Source: a virus (taxonomy: Duplodnaviria > Caudoviricetes). Taken from it: a stretch of 64,000 bases of DNA. The notes below the pieces were generated by a model that saw only the letters and a program-made list of their open reading frames with translations, searched no databases and was not told where the DNA came from. Both the position numbers and the translations under genes were made by a program. Each line of letters opens with the position of its first letter. Within the stretch, counting starts at the first letter, position 1. Below are positions 56,131 to 64,000 of this stretch, one piece after another. The stretch covers positions 3,548 through 67,547 of IMG/VR virus record IMGVR_UViG_2634166398_000003; one strand, 5' to 3'.

Positions 56131-56457
56131 TTACGTAAAATGTGTGATAACGATAAGCTTCGGTTCCGCTTCAATCCCGAATTCATTGCGGATATGCGCT
56201 CGCATTCTTTCGCAAGCATTTTCGTAAATATCTCCGACTTCTATTTCTGAAAGCCTGAATCCCGCATATTCAGATGCTTTGGTCACGACCTCACCGACGA
56301 CAAAATAATCGCCGCCCATTACGTCTATTAAATACGTAATCTCTCCCGGTCTATCCACGCCCTCAAATTTTTCGTACTCTTCGTACTTGTATTCATCGAA
56401 TTGATCGTATCCTATATCCGCGCCAATCAAAACCCAATCCGATCTCCATACGCCCAT
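56131..56457 (-). CDS. Hypothetical acidic protein
   Basis: SD AAGGAG; coupled ORF. Confidence 0.6.
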   Translation of the reverse strand: MGVWRSDWVLIGADIGYDQFDEYKYEEYEKFEGVDRPGEITYLIDVMGGDYFVVGEVVTKASEYAGFRLSEIEVGDIYENACERMRAHIRNEFGIEAEPKLIVITHFT

Positions 56458-56543
56458 TACTTCTGTTCTCCTTTCGTGGCAATTACGAACCCAGCTATAC
56501 TTGCGCTAACAAAAAATATAAGCCCTATAATTAATTCCTGCAT
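56457..56543 (-). CDS. 28 aa membrane peptide (not in track)
   Basis: GGAGG then MQELIIGLIFFVSASIAGFVIATKGEQK. Confidence 0.45.
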   Translation of the reverse strand: MQELIIGLIFFVSASIAGFVIATKGEQK

Positions 56544-57071
56544 CTATTCGCCCGCCTCCCGTCTCATTTTCGCCATCACACCGTCAGCCTTCGTTTTATA
56601 CTCCGCATCTCCAAACGTCTCGTACAAGCGCATGTTATCGTTGTATTCGTCCAGCAGCTCGTCAGTCTTCCGTTTACGTTTCGCAACCTCCTGCGCACTT
56701 AACGCCCGCGCCGTCTTCGGCGTTTCCTTCGGTTCTCTCGCCATCCCAACCGCCTCCTTTTTCGCGTAACCTATTCCGAAAGAAAAATCATCCGTAAAGT
56801 GGAACGATGGGCCCGACGGCTCCGGATAATCCGTCTCGTCGTACTCTAAAAGGTAATCTTCCGCGAACTGTTTCCGGCAGACCAGCCGCAGATCCGTTTC
56901 GAACGCGTCGAGGAATTCACCGTTTATGGCGTCAGTCAGCTCGAACTCGATGTATTCACTTACGCCCCACTCATCGGTTTCCTTTACTTCGCGCCAAGCC
57001 TCGACGTAGAATATCCGATTTTCGTACCCGGCAACCGAGACGATATCCCCGAAGGTGAATTCCGTTTTCAT
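56544..57071 (-). CDS. Hypothetical protein (SH3-like N-terminus, IDEAL-like C-terminus)
   Basis: FTFGDIVSV start; DELLDEYND motif. Confidence 0.65.
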   Translation of the reverse strand: MKTEFTFGDIVSVAGYENRIFYVEAWREVKETDEWGVSEYIEFELTDAINGEFLDAFETDLRLVCRKQFAEDYLLEYDETDYPEPSGPSFHFTDDFSFGIGYAKKEAVGMAREPKETPKTARALSAQEVAKRKRKTDELLDEYNDNMRLYETFGDAEYKTKADGVMAKMRREAGE

Positions 57072-57850
57072 CTACGCATCCCCCTTTTCGATTCGCCTAC
57101 GAATTCAATCTCGCGGCATAGGTCGCCCACCCGATCGGCCAGACGTCGCTCACCGAATACTTGCCAAAGCTGATCGAGCGCAATGTTGCTCGTGTAGATC
57201 GTCGGTAGTTGATTCGTTACTCTTGCGTTAATAACCGTATGCAAATCGCCGCGGAAGCCGTCCGTTGCATCGCGTACCCCTATATCGTCCAGCACCGCAA
57301 ACGGCGCCATCTTTGCGGCCTCAAGCGCACGATAATAACGGGCGGCCGCCGGCTCTGCAACGGAATCCGGAACACGTGGACGGTTGAATTCGTTATAGTC
57401 GTTCTGCCACGCATTTACGTCGAGGAAATAGGCCGGCCGCTGCAACGGTTCGAGGCCACGCCGCAGGGAGCCGCTATAATGGACGCGTAGCCATTCGTTA
57501 AGAAGTGCGGCGGCCGTCGTCGTCTTTCCGGTGCCCGGCGATTCGCTTACGAGGTACAGCGACTTAATGCGGTCCGCTGCAGCTACCGAACCGGATTGCT
57601 GATCGAATTGACGATTAAATGTAGACGCGTAAGCATAAGCCGCTTTATAAGCCTCCGGTTGGTCACCGCGCGCTGGCGAATTCTGTAGCGTCACGAGCTG
57701 GTACTCACGCGGAAGCCTTGCCGCCCCTGAACGCCCGCCTTCGCCTGATGCGCCGTGCATCGCGATGAAATGCGTACAGTGCCGCGTACATGCGTCGGTC
57801 CCGGCCGCTTTGCATCCGTCAGCGAGAACGCAAGTATTTTCGTTAGTCAT
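57068..57850 (-). CDS. DnaC/IstB-like helicase loader ATPase
   Basis: PGTGKTT, VLDDIG, PTIYTSN and GESKR motifs. Confidence 0.88.
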   Translation of the reverse strand: MTNENTCVLADGCKAAGTDACTRHCTHFIAMHGASGEGGRSGAARLPREYQLVTLQNSPARGDQPEAYKAAYAYASTFNRQFDQQSGSVAAADRIKSLYLVSESPGTGKTTTAAALLNEWLRVHYSGSLRRGLEPLQRPAYFLDVNAWQNDYNEFNRPRVPDSVAEPAAARYYRALEAAKMAPFAVLDDIGVRDATDGFRGDLHTVINARVTNQLPTIYTSNIALDQLWQVFGERRLADRVGDLCREIEFVGESKRGMRR

Positions 57851-57869
57851 ATTCGCGGACCTCCTTTCG

Positions 57870-58004
57870 TTAATTCTTACGGAGAGTAAACTCCGCTTTT
57901 ACTTCCCGATTCCATTGATTGATCACAAACTTTCCTTTGGTCGCCGCGTATCCTCGCTGCTTAAGCCACTGGACCATAGCTTCGACGATCTCCGCCTCAC
58001 TCAT
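57870..58004 (-). CDS. 44 aa hypothetical protein (not in track)
   Basis: MSEAEIVEAMVQWLKQRGY...; fills the gap. Confidence 0.4.
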   Translation of the reverse strand: MSEAEIVEAMVQWLKQRGYAATKGKFVINQWNREVKAEFTLRKN

Positions 58005-58374
58005 CGTATATTTTAAAGTCATTCGCACTCCTCCTTTTGTTTTTCTCGTTTTCTAAATACGCATCTTTCTCCTCTTCGGTTAAGACCTCGTAATCTTCGT
58101 TCTCAAGGAAAAACATCGTTCCGAAGCACTCTTCGTGAATGTTTACATCCATCCGAACCCATGTCGGAAAAGCCGTAACTTCATCCGCCGTAGTCCCTTC
58201 CGGATAGTTGATTTCTACGTATTCACCATCATACTCGCCGTTCTCGATTTTTTCTCTAATCCGAGACATATCGATAATTTTATGAACGCGGAGAACACTT
58301 CCTTCCGGATAATTTTCGCCTCCGTAAATAGTCAATTTAATCAAATCTCCGACGCTTGCTTTTGCCTTGTTCAT
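57997..58374 (-). CDS. Hypothetical protein (SH3-like)
   Basis: KASVGDLIKL start; SD GAGGTG. Confidence 0.6.
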   Translation of the reverse strand: MNKAKASVGDLIKLTIYGGENYPEGSVLRVHKIIDMSRIREKIENGEYDGEYVEINYPEGTTADEVTAFPTWVRMDVNIHEECFGTMFFLENEDYEVLTEEEKDAYLENEKNKRRSANDFKIYDE

Positions 58375-59348
58375 TCACCGATCACCTCTTCGCGTGAGTC
58401 GTCGATGATTCGTGCTGCGAGGCCATTTGCGGTAGTTAGTTTCGTTTCACCGAAACCATTAGGTCGGCCTGCTACAACGGTTGCGCATCGTTTTGAATAT
58501 TGAACAACGTCGCCCACACGAAACTCAGTCGGCTGCGGAGCGTTCAAGTATTCGTCCGGCACCGCCAAGCCTAGCGCACGTCTTAGCGCAATCGCCTTTC
58601 CGATATGAACGTTGAAACAGTCGTCCGGTGCGGCTTTGGCGATTCCCTTCTCGCGTACGTATCCTTCCCCGAACGACTTTCTCAAAGCGACAACGGTTCT
58701 TTTTTCGGAGTTTACGATAAAATCGTGTCTATATCCGATGTCTCTTTTGAATAAATCCTCAACGTCCGCCTTCGCCTGCTCAACGATTTCATCACGGCGG
58801 GCTTGGGCGCTTACAATCGGAGCCTGACCGTGCGAAGTATCCATCTCCGCATCGAACTTGCCTTGTCGGTATCCTTCGCCATAAGCGCGTAGTCTGATCG
58901 CCCGCATTACGTCTTCGCCGTGAGCGATTAACTCGTCATATTCCATTGCGTTCAAATCGATTTTCATTTCGTCAGCCTCCTCGTTTTTAACTTCGTTATT
59001 GACGATGACTTCGTATTCGTTATAGTCGATAAAATCCGGCATTCCTAAAACTCGTATGTCTTTAGTGAACGGATCATATAGTGATTCTGCTACGAAAATA
59101 TCTCCTGTCTCATAGGCTTGTTTTCCAATCGGTGCAGCTACCGTAATCAACACGCGCTCACCAACTTTGGCCGGACGCTTTTCTGTGACGATGATTTCAG
59201 CGTCTTCTCTGAGTACGGCGATGTACTTTGTAAGTAGCGCAATGGAGTTTTCGTGTACAACTTCGAATATCTGACCGATCTTATCCTCATACCAAACACC
59301 GTCTACAGACGCATTCTTAACCCGCACATACTTTTTCGTTTCTGCCAT
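58371..59348 (-). CDS. Multi-module hypothetical protein
   Basis: RPAKVGERV and FRVGDVV modules; GIAKAAPDDCFNVHIGKAIALRRA conserved phage domain. Confidence 0.7.
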   Translation of the reverse strand: MAETKKYVRVKNASVDGVWYEDKIGQIFEVVHENSIALLTKYIAVLREDAEIIVTEKRPAKVGERVLITVAAPIGKQAYETGDIFVAESLYDPFTKDIRVLGMPDFIDYNEYEVIVNNEVKNEEADEMKIDLNAMEYDELIAHGEDVMRAIRLRAYGEGYRQGKFDAEMDTSHGQAPIVSAQARRDEIVEQAKADVEDLFKRDIGYRHDFIVNSEKRTVVALRKSFGEGYVREKGIAKAAPDDCFNVHIGKAIALRRALGLAVPDEYLNAPQPTEFRVGDVVQYSKRCATVVAGRPNGFGETKLTTANGLAARIIDDSREEVIGE

Positions 59349-59380
59349 TTCGCAATCCCTCCCGAATTTTTATAAAAAAT

Positions 59381-59411
59381 CGAACGCACATTCGCATTTA
59401 TGTGGTACAAT
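59381..59411 (+). promoter_or_regulatory. LexA (Cheo) box over the -35 region of an extended -10 promoter
   Basis: CGAACGCACATTCG (one mismatch to CGAAC-N4-GTTCG) then TGTGGTACAAT. Confidence 0.6.
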
Positions 59412-59442
59412 ATACCTAAGTTACCGAAAGGAGGTTCGATTC

Positions 59443-59538
59443 ATGAAAGTATCAACCGAAGATAAAGTAGTTATCGCCCTCACAGCGGCATTTGTTTTCG
59501 CATTCAGAAAGCCTATTTTCGCACTCCTTGGACGCTAA
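59443..59538 (+). CDS. 31 aa hydrophobic peptide (not in track)
   Basis: AAAGGAGGT SD; MKVSTEDKVVIALTAAFVFAFRKPIFALLGR. Confidence 0.65.
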   Translation: MKVSTEDKVVIALTAAFVFAFRKPIFALLGR

Positions 59539-59564
59539 TTATCGGCGTCCAGCCGCCGGGCGCG

Positions 59565-59933
59565 CTAGAACCACGTATCATCTACGCCTTCATTGCGCTC
59601 AGCCCGTTTCTGCTCAGCTTCCACAGCGTTCGCCACCCGCTGCAAGTTCGTCCCCATATACGTCTGCATCCATCCGAAGCTTACGCCCGGCCAGTCTATG
59701 GACGGCTTATAATCCGCGAAGCACATGTCGATGAATCGCTTCGTTATCTCCGGCCCATATTCGCCCGGCTTTCGTTTCGTACCGACCCAACGTCCGAGCA
59801 TGCCCGCTTCGGCTTGGTAGCCGCGAAAAGGTACGTACGGGACGCCGTAAAGCCGTTCATGCTCCGCTTTGAGGTACGCTTGGAAATCGCGCGTATTCCA
59901 CTTGGCGACCGGCTTCGTTTCATACGTTGTCAT
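59565..59933 (-). CDS. Conserved phage replication-region protein
   Basis: ATG 59933 after AAGGAG; KWNTRDFQAYL motif. Confidence 0.65.
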   Translation of the reverse strand: MTTYETKPVAKWNTRDFQAYLKAEHERLYGVPYVPFRGYQAEAGMLGRWVGTKRKPGEYGPEITKRFIDMCFADYKPSIDWPGVSFGWMQTYMGTNLQRVANAVEAEQKRAERNEGVDDTWF

Positions 59934-60292
59934 CGCGCATTCACTCCTTCGATTTTGATTCCGAGTAGATTGAGCGTATTGATAACGCCTTCCCTTTCGC
60001 ATTCCAAACTGAACGTAACGCCCCGGGATTGCGCCGCCCGTTCCTTTTCCTGAAGTTCGGCGTAATACTCGCGTACCCGGTCTTCCGGTGTACCTTCGAC
60101 TTCGTATCCGTTAATTAACGCGGCCGCTAATGTAGTGACGTCCATATCATCGAAAGTGTGTCCGTCATACCATCGAGGAGCGTGCCCCGATAGGAAGTCC
60201 GCATGTGCACGTAATATCCAATCGTCTTCGTGTCCGAACCCTCTTGCCGATTCGATTGCCTCCGCCTGTTCCTTCGTGATTGTCGGCTTCAT
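59930..60292 (-). CDS. DUF1642-like hypothetical protein
   Basis: ITKEQAEAIE and ALINGYEVE motifs; ATG 60292 after AAGGAGG. Confidence 0.65.
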   Translation of the reverse strand: MKPTITKEQAEAIESARGFGHEDDWILRAHADFLSGHAPRWYDGHTFDDMDVTTLAAALINGYEVEGTPEDRVREYYAELQEKERAAQSRGVTFSLECEREGVINTLNLLGIKIEGVNAR

Positions 60293-60305
60293 TTTAACGC
60301 CTCCT

Positions 60306-60689
60306 TTATATTGAGAATGACGCAATTGCTTCGCGTAACTCTTTTGATAAATCGTTAAATGCGGGATTCCTTTCATCTAAAACCGGTAGACATTTCATAA
60401 GCAACTCCACAAGATCACAGACATTCTTGTCGGACATTTCGTACATAAGCTGTTCAAATCCAATACGTGATTGCATCCGCTCGACCGTCTGCCTTACGAG
60501 GTCTTTTACGCCCTCCGGATATCCGACCGCATATTCGACCGTGCCTTCTTCGAAACCATATTCGTCCGGCAACATATCACGAATAGCCGCTAACTCTCCG
60601 CTAAGCATTTCGTTTTCCTCTTTCAACCGATCGTTCTCGCCAACCAAATCCGCCACAGCACAGCGCAATCGTTTAACTTCTTCAGTCAC
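60306..60689 (-). CDS. Hypothetical protein
   Basis: SD GGAGG; coiled-coil start. Confidence 0.6.
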   Translation of the reverse strand: MTEEVKRLRCAVADLVGENDRLKEENEMLSGELAAIRDMLPDEYGFEEGTVEYAVGYPEGVKDLVRQTVERMQSRIGFEQLMYEMSDKNVCDLVELLMKCLPVLDERNPAFNDLSKELREAIASFSI

Positions 60690-60701
60690 TTTAACGCCTC
60701 C

Positions 60702-61202
60702 CTAATAGTAAAATCCGCCAGATTGACATCCACAAACCTCGAAGTTCTCATCTACGATCAATTCAGTTCCTAAGAGGGGGCAGCCGAACGGATTATAAAC
60801 CGCAACAAGAAGGTCGCTTCCGTCCTTTAATCGAATGGTATATTCGCGCGTACTCGGGTTTTTCCAGATTGCGAATTTTTCTCCTTTGCGCAACCAAACG
60901 ACTCGCTCTCCGTCTTCAATTCCGTAGTAATCATTCATCGCTTTAAACCAAACCCGATCAGGACCGCCCGCTCTATCCGTAATAACTGCGTCTGTTTTAA
61001 CGCATTCTGCCACGAACTCCTTAACGTTTGCGGGCTCCCTATCCTGCTTATCTAAGCCTAGATATTCGTTAATAAAGCGCTGAGATATCGCCGACATCCT
61101 CTTAATAAATTCCTCCGCGTCCTTTAAACGCTCATTCTCGCGTTTTAGTGTACGTAATTCACCCGCGATGTCTTCCGCCATTCGCACGTAATCATCAGCC
61201 AT
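60702..61202 (-). CDS. Hypothetical protein
   Basis: SD GGAGG; 166 aa. Confidence 0.6.
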   Translation of the reverse strand: MADDYVRMAEDIAGELRTLKRENERLKDAEEFIKRMSAISQRFINEYLGLDKQDREPANVKEFVAECVKTDAVITDRAGGPDRVWFKAMNDYYGIEDGERVVWLRKGEKFAIWKNPSTREYTIRLKDGSDLLVAVYNPFGCPLLGTELIVDENFEVCGCQSGGFYY

Positions 61203-61249
61203 GGTCTCTCCGCCTCCATTCCGTGTATTTTCGTGGTTTACCGCTTACC

Positions 61250-61573
61250 CTACCGATTGCCCTCGACCGCCAGTAAAGCCGCTATTTCCTCGCGAAACTC
61301 CCGTATTAATCGTGCTAATTCCGCCAGCGATGTCGCATCCGAGTCGCGCAACCGTCGATTCATTACGTCTAATACCGCGCGTTCGACCGTTGAGTGATAC
61401 GCTACTTCGCGCCACTTTTCCTTCGGCGTCGGGTCAGCGTCCGGGTCCTCCGCAAGCTTCTTCGGCCAGTTCGGTGCTTTTGTCGGGTCGGTGAAATAGC
61501 GCTCATTTACAATGATGTTAAGAGCGTCGGATGTGAGTTTGTAATCGGGTGAGACCGGGATTTCAATCGCCAT
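61250..61573 (-). CDS. DUF5405-like hypothetical protein
   Basis: YKLTSDALNII and VAYHST motifs. Confidence 0.65.
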   Translation of the reverse strand: MAIEIPVSPDYKLTSDALNIIVNERYFTDPTKAPNWPKKLAEDPDADPTPKEKWREVAYHSTVERAVLDVMNRRLRDSDATSLAELARLIREFREEIAALLAVEGNR

Positions 61574-61727
61574 GGTTGGCGTCGCCTCCTTCGTTAATTA
61601 GCCGCAATACCTTTTCGCTTAAATCGGATACCGCTACCTCTACGCCCCCTTCGAATTGAACGCGAGTACCCGGATGAAGATCGTTGAGCGCTTCGTATAT
61701 AGTAGCGAGCTCATATTTCGTAAACAT
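61563..61727 (-). CDS. 54 aa hypothetical protein
   Basis: ATG 61727 after GAAAGGA. Confidence 0.5.
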   Translation of the reverse strand: MFTKYELATIYEALNDLHPGTRVQFEGGVEVAVSDLSEKVLRLINEGGDANHGD

Positions 61728-61743
61728 ATCGTACATCCTTTCG

Positions 61744-62229
61744 TTATCTGTTTTTAGAAAATTCACGCACAGTACCGTTTTTATAGAAGATGCGAGCGTC
61801 AGGTGTCGTCCATCCATATTCGTCCGCAAGGAATTGGGCGTACTGTTCAATGTTTTCAAACGCTATTTTTCCGGAATAACTACGAAATATATAATCGGAC
61901 CATGCTGGCGTAGTATGAATCGGATAGTTTCCGTATCGTTCATGCCATTCCTTTTCTTTTTCAAGCGAAGTTTCATTCGAGTATACTCAGGCTTCCCAGC
62001 CTTTTTGATTAATGCGCTCTAAATCGACCAAAGATGCCACGCCCCAACGATCTCCGCAACACGCGCAATCAGTCCCTTCGTCAACGCCGTTCCAATAGAC
62101 GCCAAGTCCTTCTGCAATTGCTTCGGCTTCGTCATAAGAATCCGCCTCAATAAAAAGACGATGACATAATTTTTCGTCCGAAACGAATGACCCTCCGCTG
62201 TTGTTCTGCGTATATACATAAAATTCCAT
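61744..62229 (-). pseudogene. CxCCG-motif protein interrupted by an in-frame TGA at 61987-61989 (nonsense mutation or readthrough)
   Basis: MEFYVYTQNNSGG...CACCGDRW...GWEA-TGA-VYSNE... stays open for 80 more codons to TAA at 61744. Confidence 0.7.
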
Positions 62230-62299
62230 ACTATCGTTCTCCCTTCGTTTATTAATAAGACCTAGCAATCGTTCGCTTTCGCTCACTCTTGCTGATGTT

Positions 62300-62470
62300 C
62301 CTAACCGCGATAGAATTATTATTTAATAAGTATCTGCGCGAAAAGGTTTTAATTGAGCGCTATTATTTAATTGAGTATAGATAATGAATATAGTAAATGA
62401 GTATAGTTCGTCTAGCGTTTAAGCAAGGGACGGCTTCACCTTACGAACCCCCGGCTTCACGAATCGAAGA
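62300..62470. other. Putative phage replication origin
   Basis: Two CGGCTTCAC-N4-CGAA repeats (21 bp period) and three TGARTATAG repeats (13 bp period) in AT-rich DNA just downstream of the HTH initiator. Confidence 0.6.
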
Positions 62471-62795
62471 TGCTCGGTATTGGAAGCAACACGTAAAGGT
62501 TCGATAACTGCCCGCTCTCCTGCGATTTCCTTTCGCGTATATCGATGAGTCCCACCGCCTTCAATTTCTTTAACGCATCCCTAACCGTATTCTCCGAACA
62601 TAAGCATTCGCTTGCCAACGTTTTTATAGACGGAAACGATCGCTTACTGTGATTGTCCGCGTGCATTGATAGCATCGTGTAAACGAGCTTCTGCGCGCTC
62701 TTATCGAGAATCTTACGGTCAGATAAAACGCAACTCGCTACCTGCGTAAATTTGTGTTCGCGTAAGTCTAATACGCCTAGCTGTTCGTCGGTCAT
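62457..62795 (-). CDS. HTH_36-type replication initiator (short)
   Basis: KLVYTMLSMHAD...SFPSIKTLASEC...SENTVRDALKKL...SNLY motifs. Confidence 0.8.
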   Translation of the reverse strand: MTDEQLGVLDLREHKFTQVASCVLSDRKILDKSAQKLVYTMLSMHADNHSKRSFPSIKTLASECLCSENTVRDALKKLKAVGLIDIRERKSQESGQLSNLYVLLPIPSIFDS

Positions 62796-62807
62796 TCGTA
62801 ATCACCT

Positions 62808-62903
62808 CTCACTTCTATAACGGGTAGGCTACCGTTAATTTTGCGACATCAGAAGTAAAACTTTTTACAACCGATAATATGCACGCCAAATTAATACCGC
62901 GCA
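62808..62903 (-). promoter_or_regulatory. Tandem class A (62874-62903) and class B (62808-62849) promoter motifs heading the replication operon
   Basis: TGCGCGGT-N11-GTGCATATTAT then ATGTCGCAAAA-N12-TACCCGTTATAGAAGTGAG. Confidence 0.7.
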
Positions 62904-62912
62904 AAAACGGAC

Positions 62913-62945
62913 AAAAAAAATAACCCGGCCGTATGGCCGAGTCAT
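62913..62945 (-). terminator. Terminator after integrase
   Basis: ATGACTCGGCC-ATAC-GGCCGGGTTAT followed by T run. Confidence 0.8.
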
Positions 62946-64000
62946 CGTCTGCTAGTTTTCCGTTTTTTATTTTTATTTTCTTGTATCTGAAGTAACGGTG
63001 AATGCTTACTATGCTCTTTGGCCAGCGCTTTTTTGGATAGATGTGTATAACGCTGTACCATACGGAGATCGTTATGTCCGAGTATCGCCTGTAAATGCCG
63101 AATGTCTCCGCCATCTTCTAAAAACATCGTGGCGCCCGTATGACGTATTAAATGAGGATGCACGCGCTTTTTGATGCCTGCCCTGTCTGCGTAGTTATTC
63201 AGTCGCTGCCTAAAATTATTAGTCGTCATCTTCTCGCCATAGTTTGCCAGAAAAACATATTCACTATCGAATTCCTCATTTTCTCTTATAAGTTCGCGCA
63301 GCAATCGAAGTGTTTTATCCTCTAACGGTACGAATCTTCCCCTTCGATTCTTTACGTCTTTTCCTTCGAGTATCAACGTTTTGGAGCCAAAATCAATACT
63401 CGACTCTTTAATGGACAACACCTCACCGACACGCATCATAGAGTCGATTAGGCAGGTTAACGCAACGTAATCTCTAAATTCAACGAAAGATCGCTGATCC
63501 ATCGCATTAAGAATCGCCCGCATTTCGTCAGGTGAAAGGATGTTTATCGGGTTCTCCGGGTTCGTAATTAACGTAACCTCTTCGAATGGGTTATCGTCCG
63601 CATACGCCTCTTTAATCGCGAAACGAAAGAAAGTCCGAATGGTCTTAATATAATCGTTAACTGACCGCGGAGATAACCCCTGCGTCTTATGCTCGTCTAA
63701 TTTGAAACTGTGACCGTCGAACTTTATTTTATCGTTAATCAGCCACGATACAAAGCCGCGCGCAAAGTCAACGTCAATATGACGTATGTCTGCGGACACT
63801 CTGATCTCCTCCGCGTACTTCGTTAGATACCGACAAGCACGCATGTACTTATCAATCGTTTCCTGAACGACATTTTCAGCGCGCTTGGCATCGCACAGCC
63901 TATCGAATATGTATTCGAGATCATACGTACCTTTTCGCGTTGTCTTTACCGAGGCCCTTCCGGCCTTCACACGCTTACCTTTTCGATTTTCTGAATGCAT
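62942..64000 (-). CDS. int: Prophage tyrosine integrase (start may extend beyond the window)
   Basis: SMMRVGE (R), VKN (K), HPHLIRHT, LGH and VQRY motifs plus an N-terminal SAM-like domain. Confidence 0.92.
   Translation of the reverse strand: MHSENRKGKRVKAGRASVKTTRKGTYDLEYIFDRLCDAKRAENVVQETIDKYMRACRYLTKYAEEIRVSADIRHIDVDFARGFVSWLINDKIKFDGHSFKLDEHKTQGLSPRSVNDYIKTIRTFFRFAIKEAYADDNPFEEVTLITNPENPINILSPDEMRAILNAMDQRSFVEFRDYVALTCLIDSMMRVGEVLSIKESSIDFGSKTLILEGKDVKNRRGRFVPLEDKTLRLLRELIRENEEFDSEYVFLANYGEKMTTNNFRQRLNNYADRAGIKKRVHPHLIRHTGATMFLEDGGDIRHLQAILGHNDLRMVQRYTHLSKKALAKEHSKHSPLLQIQENKNKKRKTSRR

Larger units (their letters stand above)
1..64000 (-). mobile_element. Temperate siphovirus prophage (Bacillus), partial; both ends lie outside the window
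   Basis: Contiguous integrase, replication, nucleotide-metabolism, packaging, head and non-contractile tail modules with Bacillus-type SD sequences; no host housekeeping genes seen. Confidence 0.95.

Noticed and set aside
62400-62459. Readthrough or frameshift extension of the HTH initiator
   Set aside because: Its own frame hits further stops within a few codons and the other frames close within about 130 nt; the region fits an origin better

Overview
The window is most of a temperate Bacillus (subtilis-group-like) siphovirus prophage, almost all on the minus strand. From right to left it holds: (1) a tyrosine integrase, an HTH replication initiator with a likely origin, a DnaC-like loader, helicase and primase; (2) an arbitrium locus (aimR plus an aimP missed by the ORF track, predicted peptide DIRVGA) directly upstream of a sigma-factor-like gene; (3) SSB, PolA, nucleases, class Ib RNR (nrdIEF), dUTPase, ThyX and two methyltransferase-like genes; (4) a Rep-like gene and an accessory island with a GT2 glycosyltransferase, an Xre repressor with three operators, a poly-gamma-glutamate hydrolase, a beta-helix protein and a YonT-like toxin; (5) a ~1 kb non-coding region, an atypical tRNA-Trp and a small tyrosine recombinase; (6) the packaging, head and tail module, running off the left edge in a BppU-type baseplate gene. 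Lysis genes and att sites are not visible. Features read directly from the sequence include three classes of repeated promoter-like motif, two origin-like regions sharing a CGCGCAGATA box, a -1 frameshift in the tail chaperone and an in-frame TGA in an early gene. Family assignments come from motif recognition only; no database searches were run.
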